This document shows, in pieces, positions 41,330 through 55,717 of a stretch of DNA of 64,000 nt (its first letter is position 1; every line of letters starts with the position of its first letter). Under the pieces are notes generated by a model, which was not told the DNA's origin, ran no database searches, and worked only from the letters and a program-made list of their open reading frames with translations. The stretch comes from Amoeboaphelidium protococcarum X5. Taxonomy: Eukaryota > Fungi > Aphelidiomycota. The stretch is from positions 690,280 through 754,279 of the forward strand of contig JALDTO010000213.1 in NCBI GenBank assembly GCA_023515725.1, read 5' to 3'. The translations under genes and the position numbers were made by a program.

Positions 41330-42560
41330 CCTTCGTAATAAATAGCCAAGTGTTATGAGGTTTAGCTAAAGTTGACTACATCAATACCGTTAGCATGGCC
41401 CAGCTTAGAGTGCATGCCATCGCACATCTCCTTTAAGGACCAAGTAGTAAGAGAAAGTGCTTTATTGCCAGGAAGAGATTCAACTCTCCATAAACCATCA
41501 TATGGCTTCATTCGGTAGGTTTTCACACGTGGTATTTGATACATGACACTGTGGATCCGTCAAACAAAACCTTGGATTCAGAATTGCAGAGCTTGGAAAG
41601 AGAAGCAGATTTTCTTAGTGTCGGACAATATATGAGATTGGAGAGTTCAAAGACTTATGTGTCGGTGCTGAGAATTACGTTTTCACGCTTGGCGCACTAC
41701 ATTAACGCATTATCGGTTCCCATCTGAGTGCGAACGGTAGAGGAGTTATATAATTGTTTTACATATCAGTGAAAGATCACTAGCTCCGCTATCAAGAATC
41801 CAGGATTTAGCAGTCGTATGCGCCATCACACCATGCCATTTACCAACCTTAAAAGCTTTTTGCTCACCTTATCAGAACTTACTTCCCTCAGAATGCATAA
41901 TTCCCGCCAATTCAGCTTGACTTACACTTCTGACATACCGATCTCAAGTGTGGATAATACTTTCAACAATCAGCGCCGCGACACTCACCTGGATGCTTTG
42001 CTGACTTCGTAACCTTGGATGCATTAATAAAAAGCAGCGTCCTCAGTGATACAGCGCGACATCAGGACTTCGCGTTTTACCAGTGCCGCCTCAGTGCCAG
42101 CCACCACGCGAACCATTTTCAGATGCTCAGGCAGGCAGTCTACCTAAAAAGACCATAATAACAAAATCGCTAATTTTGTTCAAATCAGAGCCACCATTTG
42201 CGTGGATCAAGGAGCGCCCGATAGCCTCCGCAGCAGTATAGTCATCCTCCACTCGATCACCAAAATTCAAACGAGAGAAGTTCTCCAAGATACTCGAGGC
42301 GACTAGCAACAGTTTATCTAACAAAGTGCTTATTCAGCTACTCCCACAAATCAGACGCCTAATCGCAGTCTATGAAAATACTAGCAAGTCCATTGATATA
42401 TTTGCTTCGATGGCGAAGGCTACGTGGTCGGTATACACAGAGACTTACTTCACTTCGTCTCAGGCCTTCAGCAGCTTCATTCTTTTAACCCATACAAAAT
42501 AGTCCACTTTTAGCATGCACCAGTTGCTTATTATTATCGACGCGTCGGCGTCCTATGCAG
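41330..42560 (-). mobile_element. Decayed Ty1/copia LTR retrotransposon fragment (gag, protease, GAG-pre-integrase); no RT or LTR seen
   Basis: In copia order: ASDLWEQLNKHF (42323-42358), VFLGRLP, WILDSGAS (41779-41802), LSNLIYCPTL...SLSKL...VLFD, GLWRV, HSKLGH (41395-41412). Broken by TGAs and frameshifts. Confidence 0.8.
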
Positions 42561-43155
42561 CTGTAGCAGTAGAAATAGACGGAGCCTATTTAAGAACCAG
42601 CCTGTATCATACACCAGTGCTGATAACGTGTAAGAATAGTAAGCAAATTAGATTAATATAAGTCACAGCATTTCTTATTATAATAAGACTCTCGCGTACT
42701 TTATGTTTATTCTTATCAGAGTACGTTCAACTTCTAACCTTTACGCGAATTTCTTGCAGAATGAGGCGCAGTAGCTCCATCTGGAGTGTTTGATCAATAA
42801 TCTGACAATGGGTGACACTTTTAAATTTCACTGCCAATCACTGCTTTACATTGTACTAAATAATATAAATTGTATGGCAGATTCAACTGTTTTCAGTGAG
42901 ATTACCGCTAAAATGTATATAGTGTGGATAACGCTTTCTGAGTTATTACAGACGAGTTGAAGTTGCCAGTAATCCCTAGCGAGAGATTTTAAACGAATCT
43001 TTCCGTGGAACGCGGACGACTTTTCACACCAACGGTATTAGCTATTCTGAGCATTGTTCTTCATCTCTGGCATCAATTATAAAACTTTGAATTGTGTGTG
43101 AATTATAGTAAAACGACTCTCATCAATCTATCTATAAAAAATTTGAACTTTAGAA

Positions 43156-43493
43156 ATGTCAAAAACTGGTGGTGAAGATTATTAATCGCTCCTGGATGGG
43201 CCTCGTGAATTCATTAAAGACTCTATCCATCTAGTCAATCGCTGCACAAAGCCTGACAGAAGAGGTAACTGATGTGCTTATAAATGTTTTTATATTAAAT
43301 GCGACGAACTTTTAACAGTGTAGAATTCATCAAGGTGGCATAGGCTGTTGCAATTGGATTTTTTATTATGGGATTCATTGGATTTGCCATCAAGTTGATC
43401 CACATTCCTCTTAATAATATCATCATGTAAGCTTTGAGTTATCTGAGTTCTTTGAAAATGTGGCATTATCAAGTGTATTATTGTAGGGGCTGA
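43156..43493 (+). CDS. SSS1: Sec61 translocon gamma subunit; introns 43265-43323 and 43427-43486
   Basis: [57 protein letters not shown]. Confidence 0.95.
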
Positions 43494-43815
43494 TTTATTT
43501 TGAAAGTTATAAAATATACCATATGAATACTATACTTTATACAGTTGAGTTTACTCTAAACTTGTTCCTTACTACTGTATTTTGAGCCAGTGCAGTGCTA
43601 TCTCCTCTCTTTGTGGTGGTTCATTGAACTGACTCGTTCAGCCATTCATTCACTCTCATCGCGCGCGCCTCATCGTCGTTTGCTATCTGAGCTTTCCGTT
43701 TGACATTTCTTCATCTCTTCTTCTCTTTTGTCTCAACATAACCTGTCTGTGTCATTCCATTCGATCTTCTCTTTTCATCATTACATAGAGAGCACTTTGA
43801 ACGAGTAGAGTTATA

Positions 43816-45366
43816 ATGACGGATAATAATAATAATAGTCACAAAGACTTGGGGTAGTAAAAGTAGTAATAGTAGTAGTCCTAAAGTTCACTGGGTAGTA
43901 CGGGATAAATGAGTGAAGAGGCGAGTGAAATATCCGCCAATCCGTCCATTCCACCCACCTAAAAGTCTGCATTTGTCCAGTTTCTGACTTAGATTGGCTC
44001 ATTCACGGGAGACTTATCGCTGTTAACAGCTCCGGCTTTCCTATTAAATGGAATCTCTATGTTGGAGTATTCTGTGCACTGGTGTGACTTTCCAGATATC
44101 ATGTCTGAGTGTTGGTATTTCCCTGCGAAGAGTGCTCCCGCTGCGGAGTAGGATCAGTTTGCACTCGAGCGTATGAAGCGTGTGGTCAAGTACTATCTCA
44201 GTACAACTTACGGCAGTTATCATGAGCGATGCGAGAAGGGCAGTGAAAAGAAGCCATACAATCCTATACTGGGCGAATAGTTTTACTGCCACTGGGACAA
44301 TGATCGGCCGGAAGTGAAGAGTGGTGACAAGTGGAAGTGCGTGGACATGATTGTGGAGCAGGTGTCACATCATCCCCCGATCGGCGCCTTCTATGGCCAA
44401 ATGGATCGCAGTATGTCTATTAAAGGATTCTGTGCGCAAAAGAGCAAGTTCAAGTCCATGACTTTGAAGGTGGAATAGATTGGTAACGCTGTTCTTACTC
44501 TGTATGATCAGCACTCTGACTCTATGGATGTGCTTGAGGAGTATGTTATTGATCCTCTGCCTGACCTGTAAATTCGTGGCCTGCTGTCCGGCTCCATATT
44601 TTTGGAATTGGGCAAATCGACATTCATCAGATGTGCTCAGACTGGATATACTTGTCGTTTTGACTGGCTACCGAAACCTTGGTTTAGTGGTGGGTATCAT
44701 CATTTGGATGGAAAGATTTATAAAGAGTCTAATCCAAATGAAGTTTTCTATCAGCTATCTGGTAAATGGGTTGAGTAGGTGACGATTTAAAAGAGCGGTG
44801 AATAGGAATCATAGCCATTCTTCAATTTCAAGTCCAATTATGGAGACGCGGCTAAAGATGGAAATCCACGATTGTATGTGCCTAAATAAATCCCCGAAGC
44901 TCACCTCGATCCAGAGAAGGATTCCAAGTTGATTTGGAAATCTACTACGGAGGCTTTGAATAAAGGCGATTTCTCATCGGCTAGTTCGTAGAAGAGCAAG
45001 TTGGAAGATGATTAACGCAAGATTAGAAAAGAGCGGGAAGCTAGAGGTGAAGAGTGGGACTCTGAATGGTTTAGGTATGTTTATGCAGATGGAACCACAT
45101 CTTCTAGTGAGAACTTGATTACTGGCAAGTAAACGGTGGATGAAAAGCAGTCAAACAATGTATTGTATCCTACCAGAGATCACAGTAAAGATTCGCTGAG
45201 CAGTAGAGTATCCAAAGCATCTTCTGGAAGTGGCAGTAAGAAGTCTACCAGCTCGAAGAAATAGCATGGCAAAGATGGCAGTGATGGTGGATCTTGGGTT
45301 TTCAAGCGAGAACTATTGTAGAAATTGAAGAGCAAATCCGCTTTGATTGTTTCTAACAATAAATGA
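43816..45366 (+). CDS. KES1: Oxysterol-binding protein, Kes1/Osh4 type, 516 aa
   Basis: FLTQIGSFTGDLSLLTAPAFLL, EKKPYNPILGEQF, EQVSHHPP. Confidence 0.92.
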
Positions 45367-45477
45367 GTAAATTATCCGTATTGAATTTTTGTCCTCTTGG
45401 ATCAATTTACTTTTTATCTTTTGATCTCTTTAGTATTACTCGCTTACGGTTGGAACTTGAATCGATCATCAAGCAAA

Positions 45478-46329
45478 ATGTAAAGATTTTTTAGACCATA
45501 ATCTTTATAGTTGAGTTGCATATCTTTGAAATCATAAGGGAAATACTTATCATCTGTGAATAGCAAATCTGTCAATGATGAAGAGGTGAGTAAATTCAGC
45601 GCTCTCTCTAAGCAGTGGTGGAATCATAATGGTCCCTTTAGAATGCTGCATCTGATGAATCCTTGTCGCGTCCGGTATATTCTGGATGCAGTCAAGTATA
45701 AGCGTAATCAGTAAAATCTTAAAGGATTAAAGGTTCTGGATATTGGATGTGGTGGCGGTATCTTGTCAATGGCACTGGCGCGACTTGGTGCCAGCGTCAC
45801 TGGTATAGATGCGTCAGAGAGTAACATTGTGGAAGCGAAGAGATACTCTTCTTTAACAGAAGCGGTCCTTGTAGAGTCTGGCAGTCTATAATTTAAACAT
45901 ATAACCGCAGAATAATTATTGTAAGAGGGTGGTGGGTAATAGTAATTTGACGTAGTTTGCACTCTTGAGCTTCTGGAACACGTTGACGATCCTTAAGATT
46001 TGATTAGTACCTCATCGCAATTACTGAAATCGGAGGGTATTCTGTTCGCGTCAACCATCAACAAGACTGCTTTATCTCAGCTGCTTACTATAACTATGGC
46101 TGAGGATATTTTACAGCTGGTCCCACAAGGCACTCATGATTATAACAAGTTTATCCCACCACAAGATATGATTCGATGGATGGAAGATGCTCATATTGCG
46201 GGCATTGATGATGAATTTGGATTGCGCGGCATGATTTACAATCCTTTGAAATCTGAATGGGCCTTGACCGCCGGCTCATCCACGATGGAGACTTAATGTA
46301 ATTACATCATGTGTGGAATCAAGAAATGA
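45478..46329 (+). CDS. COQ3: Ubiquinone biosynthesis O-methyltransferase, 283 aa
   Basis: [13 protein letters not shown]...[44 protein letters not shown]. Confidence 0.95.
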
Positions 46330-46608
46330 TCTCTTATATAAAATTCAATTTATCTGTATAATTAATCTCATTTCTAAATTATTCTATTGTATTAGCACCG
46401 AATTCCTAGAGTTTTCTGATTGACTGAGCGAGTGTTTGATCTCCACTAATTGAGTTGATTGATCAAATTTCTGTTTCAGCTTCTGCTTTTGTTTGACTTT
46501 TGATCACTTATTGTTCTCTTAAAATTCATCAGTATAGTGCATTTTGTGATATATAGTAAGCTGATATTAGACTGATAATTCACTAATTATTTAGTTTATT
46601 ATCATAAA

Positions 46609-48825
46609 ATGCCTTCTCTGAGTAATGATAGAAAGTATTCCATTCCAATTTTGAGTGAGACTGGTGGCAAAGAGAACGCAGTTAAGTCTCTTTTGACGAG
46701 CAATCACATCAAAGGTGATGGTCGAGAAGAGGATGCTATCACTCAAGAGTCACTTAAACATGGATTCACTTTTAGTAATAACAAGTATGAATCTGTGGAT
46801 TGGAGACTTTTATCTTCGGTGAGTGTGGAAAAGATATAGGAGAAGGTTGACATCACCTCTTTACAAACAGTGTTGAGAAACTTGGCTCACTGTAACATTG
46901 AGAATGAACGTCTGGACGGGGTGGATCCGAATTTTGTTAAATTGTTCAAACTTGCGCAAATGTCGATTGAATATCTACTGCACAGTTAGAATTATCTCAT
47001 AAATAAGCACTAAAGTTCTGTCAGTAATTCACAGGGTGGTAATGGCAAGCATAAGTAGTCACTCACTCAATTGGAGCAGGAGAGTAAGGAGAAGAGTGAG
47101 TAAATCTCATCGCTGCGTAAAGAGGTGAAAGCTTTAAAGAGAACAGTGTACGCGTATCAGCTATGGAGCAAGATTCCTGGTGGAGTAAATCCAAAGTAGC
47201 CTGTAGTGGCTGCGTATTTCAGATGTAAGCATTGTCCAAAGGTTTTCAATTCCGAGTACTATCTTGAATGTCATCTGGATCGGAGACACGGAGATTAGCC
47301 AAACTATATCAAGGAGTCGATGGAAGAGTAGATTCAGTCTTTACATAACAAATCCAAGGTGAATAATGTCGATGTTGTTGATAAGATTACGAGCACGATT
47401 GAGCGATTCTCTACCAAGATAATGGAGACTGAGAGATCATTGCGCACTGATATGGAGAATAAATTATAATCTGAGGTGGCACGGAGAGAGTAACAGTTGG
47501 AAAAGAGCTACAGAGAGGAGATTAAGAAACTGGAAAAGACTTTGGCTGAGTATAAAAGTTCAATTAATAAGCAAGTGGATGACGAGAAGAAACTTTTAAA
47601 TAGTCAGAGGTTGGACTAAGCTGAGGATAAGAAGAGAGATTAGTAGATTCTAAAGAGAATTGATGACAGATTTGCAGAGATTTTGTTTGATCTGCAGGAG
47701 GAAGTTCACGATGAGATATCCGGATTGAAGGAAGATTTATCTATGAATTAGCATCAGATACTGAGTCAATTTCATGCTGACTAGTAGCACTAGAATGATA
47801 ATAATTTGGAAGAATTCCGAGTGTCTCCAATCGAAGAAGAACCTCCGGTAGTGGAGCAATAGAAGGAGCAATTTGATCCAAACAAGTGGGATGGTTATCT
47901 GAATGTGATGAACTCTTTCAAGGCCAAGTCTTTAAAGCGATTTCCAGAACTCAAGTCCAAGTACTAGTATGATGACGCCACACTTAAATAGTAGAAAAAC
48001 AAGATCAAGTTAATGCTGAACTAGTCTGTGAAGGACGATTTGGACCTGACCACAATGTCTGATTAGGATGCAATTGACATGTTCAAAGCTCGCGTAATGG
48101 ATCAAGTAATCGATTCAGATGGTGGTGCAGATAAAAGTAATCCCTATTCTCAAGTTATGAAGTCATTTATCTCTAATCAGGTGGATAATATCGCGGCCAA
48201 GAATTTTAAGCCAAAGATTTAAAAGCCAAATTTGTCAGTGTAAACATCTCTACCTCCAACTATTAAATCGTCTTAGAAGAAGTGGGATTCCATGAATGCC
48301 TCGCCTGCGCCTAATATGAAGGATACTGAGCAGCCATAATCACGCGCGCCATCTCCAACTAAATCTATTGGTAGTATGAGCATGAGGAGTGCGTTCAGCG
48401 TTGTTGATTGGAATAAGAAATCTGGTAAGGATGATGACTTGGATACGATCAGTGATCTGACAGATGACGATAAAATGAATTAAAGTGGCATGTCCAATGT
48501 ATCGAATACTAGGATGTAATCTCCTACTACAGGTAATGAAACAAAATAATAGAAGGCGTCTTTGAAAACAGTGTCAACAGTTATGGGACGTGCATTGTCA
48601 GCATTCAAGAAGAGCCATGGTTTGTAAGATGCAATAGAACTTGCTGCTCATAGGACCGATGATGTTGATGTGAGCGATGTTACAGACAGTGACGCGGAGT
48701 AACCAAAGAGCAGCTCAAAGAATGTAAAGCCCAAGTTGAATTTGGATATAGCAAAGAGTAAACGGCTGAGAGGTGAGTTGGATCTTGGCGATGATGATAA
48801 TGATGTCTTAAATGCTGAAATTTGA
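46609..48825 (+). CDS. DZIP1: DZIP1/Iguana-like ciliary basal-body protein, 738 aa
   Basis: ESVDWRLLSSVSVEKI...DPNFVKLFKLAQMSIEYLLHSQNYL; C2H2 finger CKHCPKVFNSEYYLECHLDRRH; coiled coils. Confidence 0.88.
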
Positions 48826-48892
48826 TAAGTTATGATAGTTATTAATAAAAGCTTTAAATAGTGAACTCTATTATTTTACTTGCTCATGATGT

Positions 48893-50679
48893 TCATGATG
48901 ATTATAAGTTTAGCGAAAAGTTGCACATCATTTCCAAGGCGCCAGATAGCTTCTTCAAGTTGTCCAATGTTTCCACCTCCTCTCTAACCTTGGACTTGAT
49001 CTTGGCCATTATGACACGACACTCTTCGCTTTAATCCAGGTACGATCCGTACTTGTCCAGCAGAATTTAAAACGTCTCTTATAGAATAGAAAAGTACCGA
49101 GGATTCAAAAGATTCTTGAATATAAAATGCAATATTGGAAAGAGAGCAGTGGCATCGCGTCCAGATAGAGCAATTTTGAGTCCATCTCCACGAAGGCGCA
49201 GGTCGGCAAGTAAAGCCACGATAGTCGCCGGAGAATTAGATAACTCAATGGCCATATCCAAAGCCTCTTTATACTCGAAAGCTTTCAGTTTCTTCTCATA
49301 TGGCCGCAACCGTTTCCTCCTCTTCTGATCCTGACCAACCACAATGTCATCTTCGTCAGCCGGTCTATACTGACCGCGCATAAAGTATGCTCTACTACCG
49401 GGCAATAACTTCATATCACGTTCATTTCTATTCTTTGGGGCAGTCAATTTAGGACCCAGGTGATAGATACTACTCTCCTAGTCCTTTGCAGAGAGTGACA
49501 ATTACACGTCACCATTGACGGTCACTTGAACACGTCGCTCCTTGATCGTCAGTAAACCATTAGGCATACCAGCGTACAAATGCTATTCATTCTTGGATAA
49601 AGCCAATGACAGTACTGGAGTAGCATATTTAAAGCTGTGCACGATATTCCAATCTGCAGTATTCCAAACCTTGACACTTTAATCCAATGAGGAGGATAAA
49701 ATACGTGAATGATCGGAATTAAAACACAGTTCAGTAACAGTCTTTTAATGACTGGATATAGGCTCTTACATTAATCTACCACTAGATCCACCTAAAATGT
49801 CCCACAGATACAGCGAATTGGAAGATGCAGACACCAGCATCGCATCTCCGGGAAATGCTAATATAGACTCAACAGGATGATGCGCGGCACCTGCCTCAAC
49901 ACTCAAATGATCCAGCGACAGGACGGCTCCCTTCTTGGTACGAATATCAAACATTTTCACAGTGCCATCATATGATCCGGTGAAGAAGAGGTTGGAGTTA
50001 GATGAGCTGACGCAGCTACTTCTCACGTAATCATTATGAATGTGCTTCCATTCGCAGACAACCTGTCCCTAAGGAATATCCATTAAGCGAACAGTTCTAT
50101 CATCGCCAGCAGCTATCACATGAATGTTGTCATTCAGGAAACGCGTAGTATGAATACCGCGACCACAAAGTTTATCTCCAGCTTTGTTATTATTAAGTGA
50201 CGTTTAAGCATTACCTATGGACGAAGAATCACCTGATGCAAACTTAAAAGTTCTCAATATAGCTCTACTAGACACGTCAAATATCTGCACTTGACCCGTG
50301 GCATCACCAGCGGAAATCAATCTTCCATCAGATCTCCACGCCGCGCAATGCACAACATCTTTAAATCTTGCAATACTCTTCTTCACCTAATTGTTCTTTC
50401 CATCATAAATCTAAAGACGCGTAGATGAGGCAACCACAGCATCATAAGGCGCAATCGGGGAGCATTCAATCGACGTGATTGCAGCAAATTCTTTCGCATG
50501 AACCACACTCTACATTATTGCATAAGATAATATTTCATGATGATGATGATATGCAGAATAATAGATGGAAATACCTTGAATTTAGAATAATATCGAGACT
50601 CTGGACTGAGCTATTTATCAACAGACTTGTGATATTGCCCAGTATCTAATCGCTTAAACTGATTGTCTATTTGCATCAT
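48893..50679 (-). CDS. UTP15: U3 snoRNP WD40 protein Utp15; intron 50510-50574
   Basis: IARFKDVVHCAAWRSDGRLISAGD, HNDYVRS, TGSYDGTVKMFD, HQKTVT, LKIALSGRD. Confidence 0.95.
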
Positions 50680-50831
50680 TTTCTGCTATGACTTTTTACT
50701 CTTCTCTCACTGCTTTAAAAAGTAGAGAGAACTTCCACTTGAACAACGACGCGTTACTTTCGCTTCACTTTTTCGCTCCCTTTACAGAGTTATCATCATT
50801 CACTCAACTATAGTAAAAAATTATCGATAAT

Positions 50832-51398
50832 ATGGTGCTGATACATTTGCCGAATATATCAATGACGTTCCTCAGGCCTCCGCCGTAATCTAAGCCATTT
50901 ACTCTGCACGTACTCACGTAAAAGCATTTGACTAAGCGAGATATAAAATCCTACTTTTGCTCACTGTACAACGTGAATCCTCAGGCAATCGCTGATATCA
51001 GAACATTTGTACCTAATCGTAAACGTGTTACACATCCCCGGGCGCGTATCGTAGCAGAGGTGTACAAGCGATAGAATATGGAGACGGCGTACAGTGTATA
51101 CAGATGGTAGACTATACGGAAACACGCGATCATTGAGCTGGATCCCCAAGTGGCCAGTCAGTAGAGCATAGACTTTAGATTCCCGGCCGAGCCAGGCGCA
51201 TGGAGATTACAGGAGTTGAAGAAGCGTGAAGAAGAGGAGAAGTCAAAGTTGCTGAAGCCTTTCAAAGAGCAAGTGCCAGACGTGACTCTGGACGTGAAGA
51301 TTATGGAGAACTTGTCATTAGAGGATGAGATGACTATTGGCGGATCTGCCAAGAGAAGATTACGCGTCAAATCTAGTTAAAATAGTGATAGAAAGTGA
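50832..51398 (+). CDS. MRP20: Mitochondrial ribosomal protein uL23m, 188 aa
   Basis: IHLPNISMTFLRP, LTKRDIKSYFCSLYNV, DIRT, KHAIIEL, FRFP. Confidence 0.75.
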
Positions 51399-51456
51399 GA
51401 ACATTATCATGATCCATTTAATAGATTATTAAAATCTTTTTGGCTCAATAATGAAT

Positions 51457-51825
51457 TCACTTTTTCTACTTTTGGCCAGCAGATGGAGCTTTTGGGGCAC
51501 CAGAACTACTCCTCAGCAGGCTCTTTAACGCTTCAACGCCCTCAGGAACTTCATCAGCCTACATAAACACATTCACACTCATATATATTACCAAGTTATT
51601 GCAAATATAGATTTAATATGGAAAAGGTAAGATATTACAGATTTCTGAGCAGGCTTTACATTCTTCAACTCTTTAATGTATAGTTCCTAAAGTAGATCAG
51701 GCTTTGGAGCTACACACATTCACATACTGTACATTACAGTTTATAATAATTCAGGATCATATTCTTCTTCAACGGGTCATACCTTTAGCTGCAAACAGTC
51801 TTTAAGCGATACGAACATTCATCAT
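51457..51825 (-). CDS. ATP14: Mitochondrial ATP synthase subunit h/F6-like; introns 51710-51782 and 51559-51638
   Basis: Short basic presequence, then DLLQELYIKELKNVKP. Two GT-AG introns give a continuous frame ending at TGA. Confidence 0.75.
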
Positions 51826-52100
51826 TATACGGCGATAATTCTTGATGGTAAAATTCACTAAATCAAATAGTAATAAAGAAGAGAGAGCTAAGAGAGAAGA
51901 GCGAGATGATCCAACTGCAAAAAAGCTCAACTTAGCTATACAATGTTATAAGTTTTTAAAGACTGACAGTAAGTCCTAAAAATTACAGCATAGAGTGGAT
52001 TAAACAAGATCAATGATCAAATTGATGTCCATTTTTACAAAATTATAGTCATAATAATAATGATGATGTCATTAGTATCCTCAAATTTTAAGGATAATAC

Positions 52101-53216
<1,116 letters not shown>

Positions 53217-53709
53217 TCAAAATAGATTAAGAGACAGATGAGCAGAGAGATAGTTAGTAAGATACAAGTTACAAATGTACCGCGCAGTATAATTTATCCG
53301 ACAGTGGAGAGAGAGAGAATGTGAAAAGAGAAAGAGGAAATGTGACCAGAGAAGACCTTCAAGTTTCAACGTCGCGACAAGAAAGTGCCAGCGCGGCGTT
53401 TCGTGTGTTGATTCTTCCTAAAACGGAAATTGTGGGAGAGATGACGAGTGACGAGCGATAATGAAAGAGACAGAGAGATTGAGGCGTTAACTGTAACCGT
53501 CCTTTAACGTGTTCCGTCACGCACCCACTCTCCGCATTACTTAAACCTTCTGAGTTTGTGTTCCGCCTTAAAAGATAATTAAGTATCAAGCTTTGATTTA
53601 ACTAATTGTTGTTACCGCGTTAGTAGATACATGTGATCAAATATGCTTGGTTTGATCTTCTCTTTTCTATGATGTTTTTTATCCAAATCTTTTCAAGTGG
53701 ATCATCATC

Positions 53710-54373
53710 ATGTCTTAATCAGTTCCATTCGGTAACAAATATGAAGTGAAGACTGCCACCAGAGAGAGTCGTAAGTATCAATTACACTAAAGTAGTTTAT
53801 TAGATTGATTTGTGATATCATCATCGAGACTGTGTAGCTTGTTGGGTGTGTGGAAAGTTTACAACTACAGTGTTCACACATAAGGATCTTGATTTCTTTT
53901 ACGTCTGTCCGGGTCACCTTACAGATACGCAATTTTGCAAGCCTTTCATACCAACACCTCTTGCGCCTGTTTAGGCTAAATCTGCTCCTCCGCCCGTAAA
54001 GAAGGATAAAATATCAGAGGAAAAGTAGTAATCTTTTTCATAGTAATAGAGTAAAGATGGATCTGATAATGATGGTAAAAATGCAGAAGTGAACGATGGA
54101 GAGTAGAAAAGTTCTGCAGAGACCAAGAGCAGTTAGGCTCAGAAGGTGACGGACAAGTCGTTGTAGAAAGATAAAGGTAAGAACAATAAAAGTCCTACAC
54201 CTGCCCCATAGCCTGTGAAGATTAAGGAGTACATATTGGATTAAAAGTTGTTTTATATGCGAGAGAGTTAATATCGCAAGAAAATGGCCGCGAAAACAGC
54301 CAAGAAGGTGTACAGTCAACTACCTTCAGTACCCAGAAATCAATTACCTAAACGATAAGATGACTTTTTATGA
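53710..54373 (+). CDS. VFA1: Vps4-associated protein Vfa1 (DUF1742)-like; intron 53771-53837
   Basis: PFGNKY...CWVCGKFTTTVF...DFFYVCPGHLTDTQF, and C-terminal LPSVP. Confidence 0.85.
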
Positions 54374-54558
54374 TTATAGATTGTTATAATTATTGTAAAG
54401 TCTGTCTCTATCGTTGCAGTATCGTGACACGCCATTTTATAAGTATTCACTATCATCTTGTTTCGCGTTCAGGAGCTTATTTGCTCTGGCATCTTCAAAG
54501 CAATATCTTTGCTGTACTTATTTCGATCTATAAGATATATATACACTTTTTTAGTAAA

Positions 54559-55290
54559 ATGAATAGATAATCGCGGCCAAAGCAGTAAAAGCTAATACCT
54601 CCTCGACAGATTAAGCCGCAGCGACACTTTGCTGGCATTGCACCTCAGCATAATGCGATTGCTAATAAAAAGCCTGTACTTGTGGAGTAGTAATAAGTGG
54701 GCGTTAATGAAGAGCGCCATGAAGAGCATATCGCCGGTGATAATTCACTTGAAAGAACCGCAGATGAAACGCCTGAAGAGCGCAGTAAGAGGTTAAGGGA
54801 ACTGGCTATGCAAAAGATATTGAATACTGGTAGCATGGCTACATAACCACCGCAATAACAACCAGATAAGTCAATCACGTTACATACTACAATAAATGGC
54901 GCGCAAACACATTAAAAATTGCGATACAGTCTTCATTAAGATATTGTGGTAGGTGGAGCTGATTAAAGAAGCTTGGACCCTGTCGCAAGTAGAGATAGTA
55001 ATGTTGATTTAAATATTGGATTCGTGTCTAAAGAGGAGCGACTTACTAGCTCCAAATAGTAAAGTACAGAGAATGAGTAAAAAATGCTATCATTGTAGTA
55101 AGAATTGTAGAGGGAGGAAACTAGGCGCCTTCTTATATCTAAAGTCGTTCAGTTAGAAACAGTCGAAGATGATTTATAATTTGGCGGAACTGATGATACA
55201 GATTATTTCGATGGCGATGATGATTATGCTCTTTAGGAGTACGAGTAATGGAAGTAAAGAGAGCTAAGACGAATAGAATCTGGCATATGA
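54559..55290 (+). CDS. MFAP1: MFAP1/Spp381-like spliceosomal B-complex protein, C-terminally short (243 aa)
   Basis: KPQRHFAG, FVSKEERLT, DDTD...EYEQWKQRELRRI, followed four codons later by TGA. Confidence 0.75.
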
Positions 55291-55348
55291 ACATCTTTTA
55301 TGAGTATGTATATACATTCATTCACCTTAAATATGTAATAATAAGTAA

Positions 55349-55570
55349 TCACGCGTCATTTGACTTCTGTTACCTTTTAGTCGTCTTATTCATATCAAAA
55401 CACTCTTTGAATCGCATCATCTCCTCTTAACACTTCCGCCAGTCCTTGTATTTCAAATAACACTCCTAAAGCTACTCATTCTGAGCAGCACACCCCGAAG
55501 CATTTATGCGTTGCTCATACTCATCAGCATCCTCTTCATCATCCACTTTTAACGCGTTTTGTGGTCTCAT
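55349..55570 (-). CDS. COA4: Twin CX9C cytochrome oxidase assembly factor, 73 aa
   Basis: DEYEQRINASGCAAQNEQLQECYLKYKDWRKCQEEMMRFKEC. Confidence 0.9.
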
Positions 55571-55717
55571 CGGCTGTTAAAGTGGTGTTGTTGCATCACA
55601 AAGATAAAAAATCAAGAATAAAAGGAATGCCGCCAGAAAACTATCATATCATATCATTCTATTGGTTTACTACTACTACTACATCATCATGATCATTACA
55701 CAGTACCTTCCGCTTAC

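Noticed and set aside
54356-54373. TAA acting as a context-dependent stop at the end of VFA1
   Set aside because: An in-frame TGA follows five codons later (54371-54373), so no dual meaning is needed.
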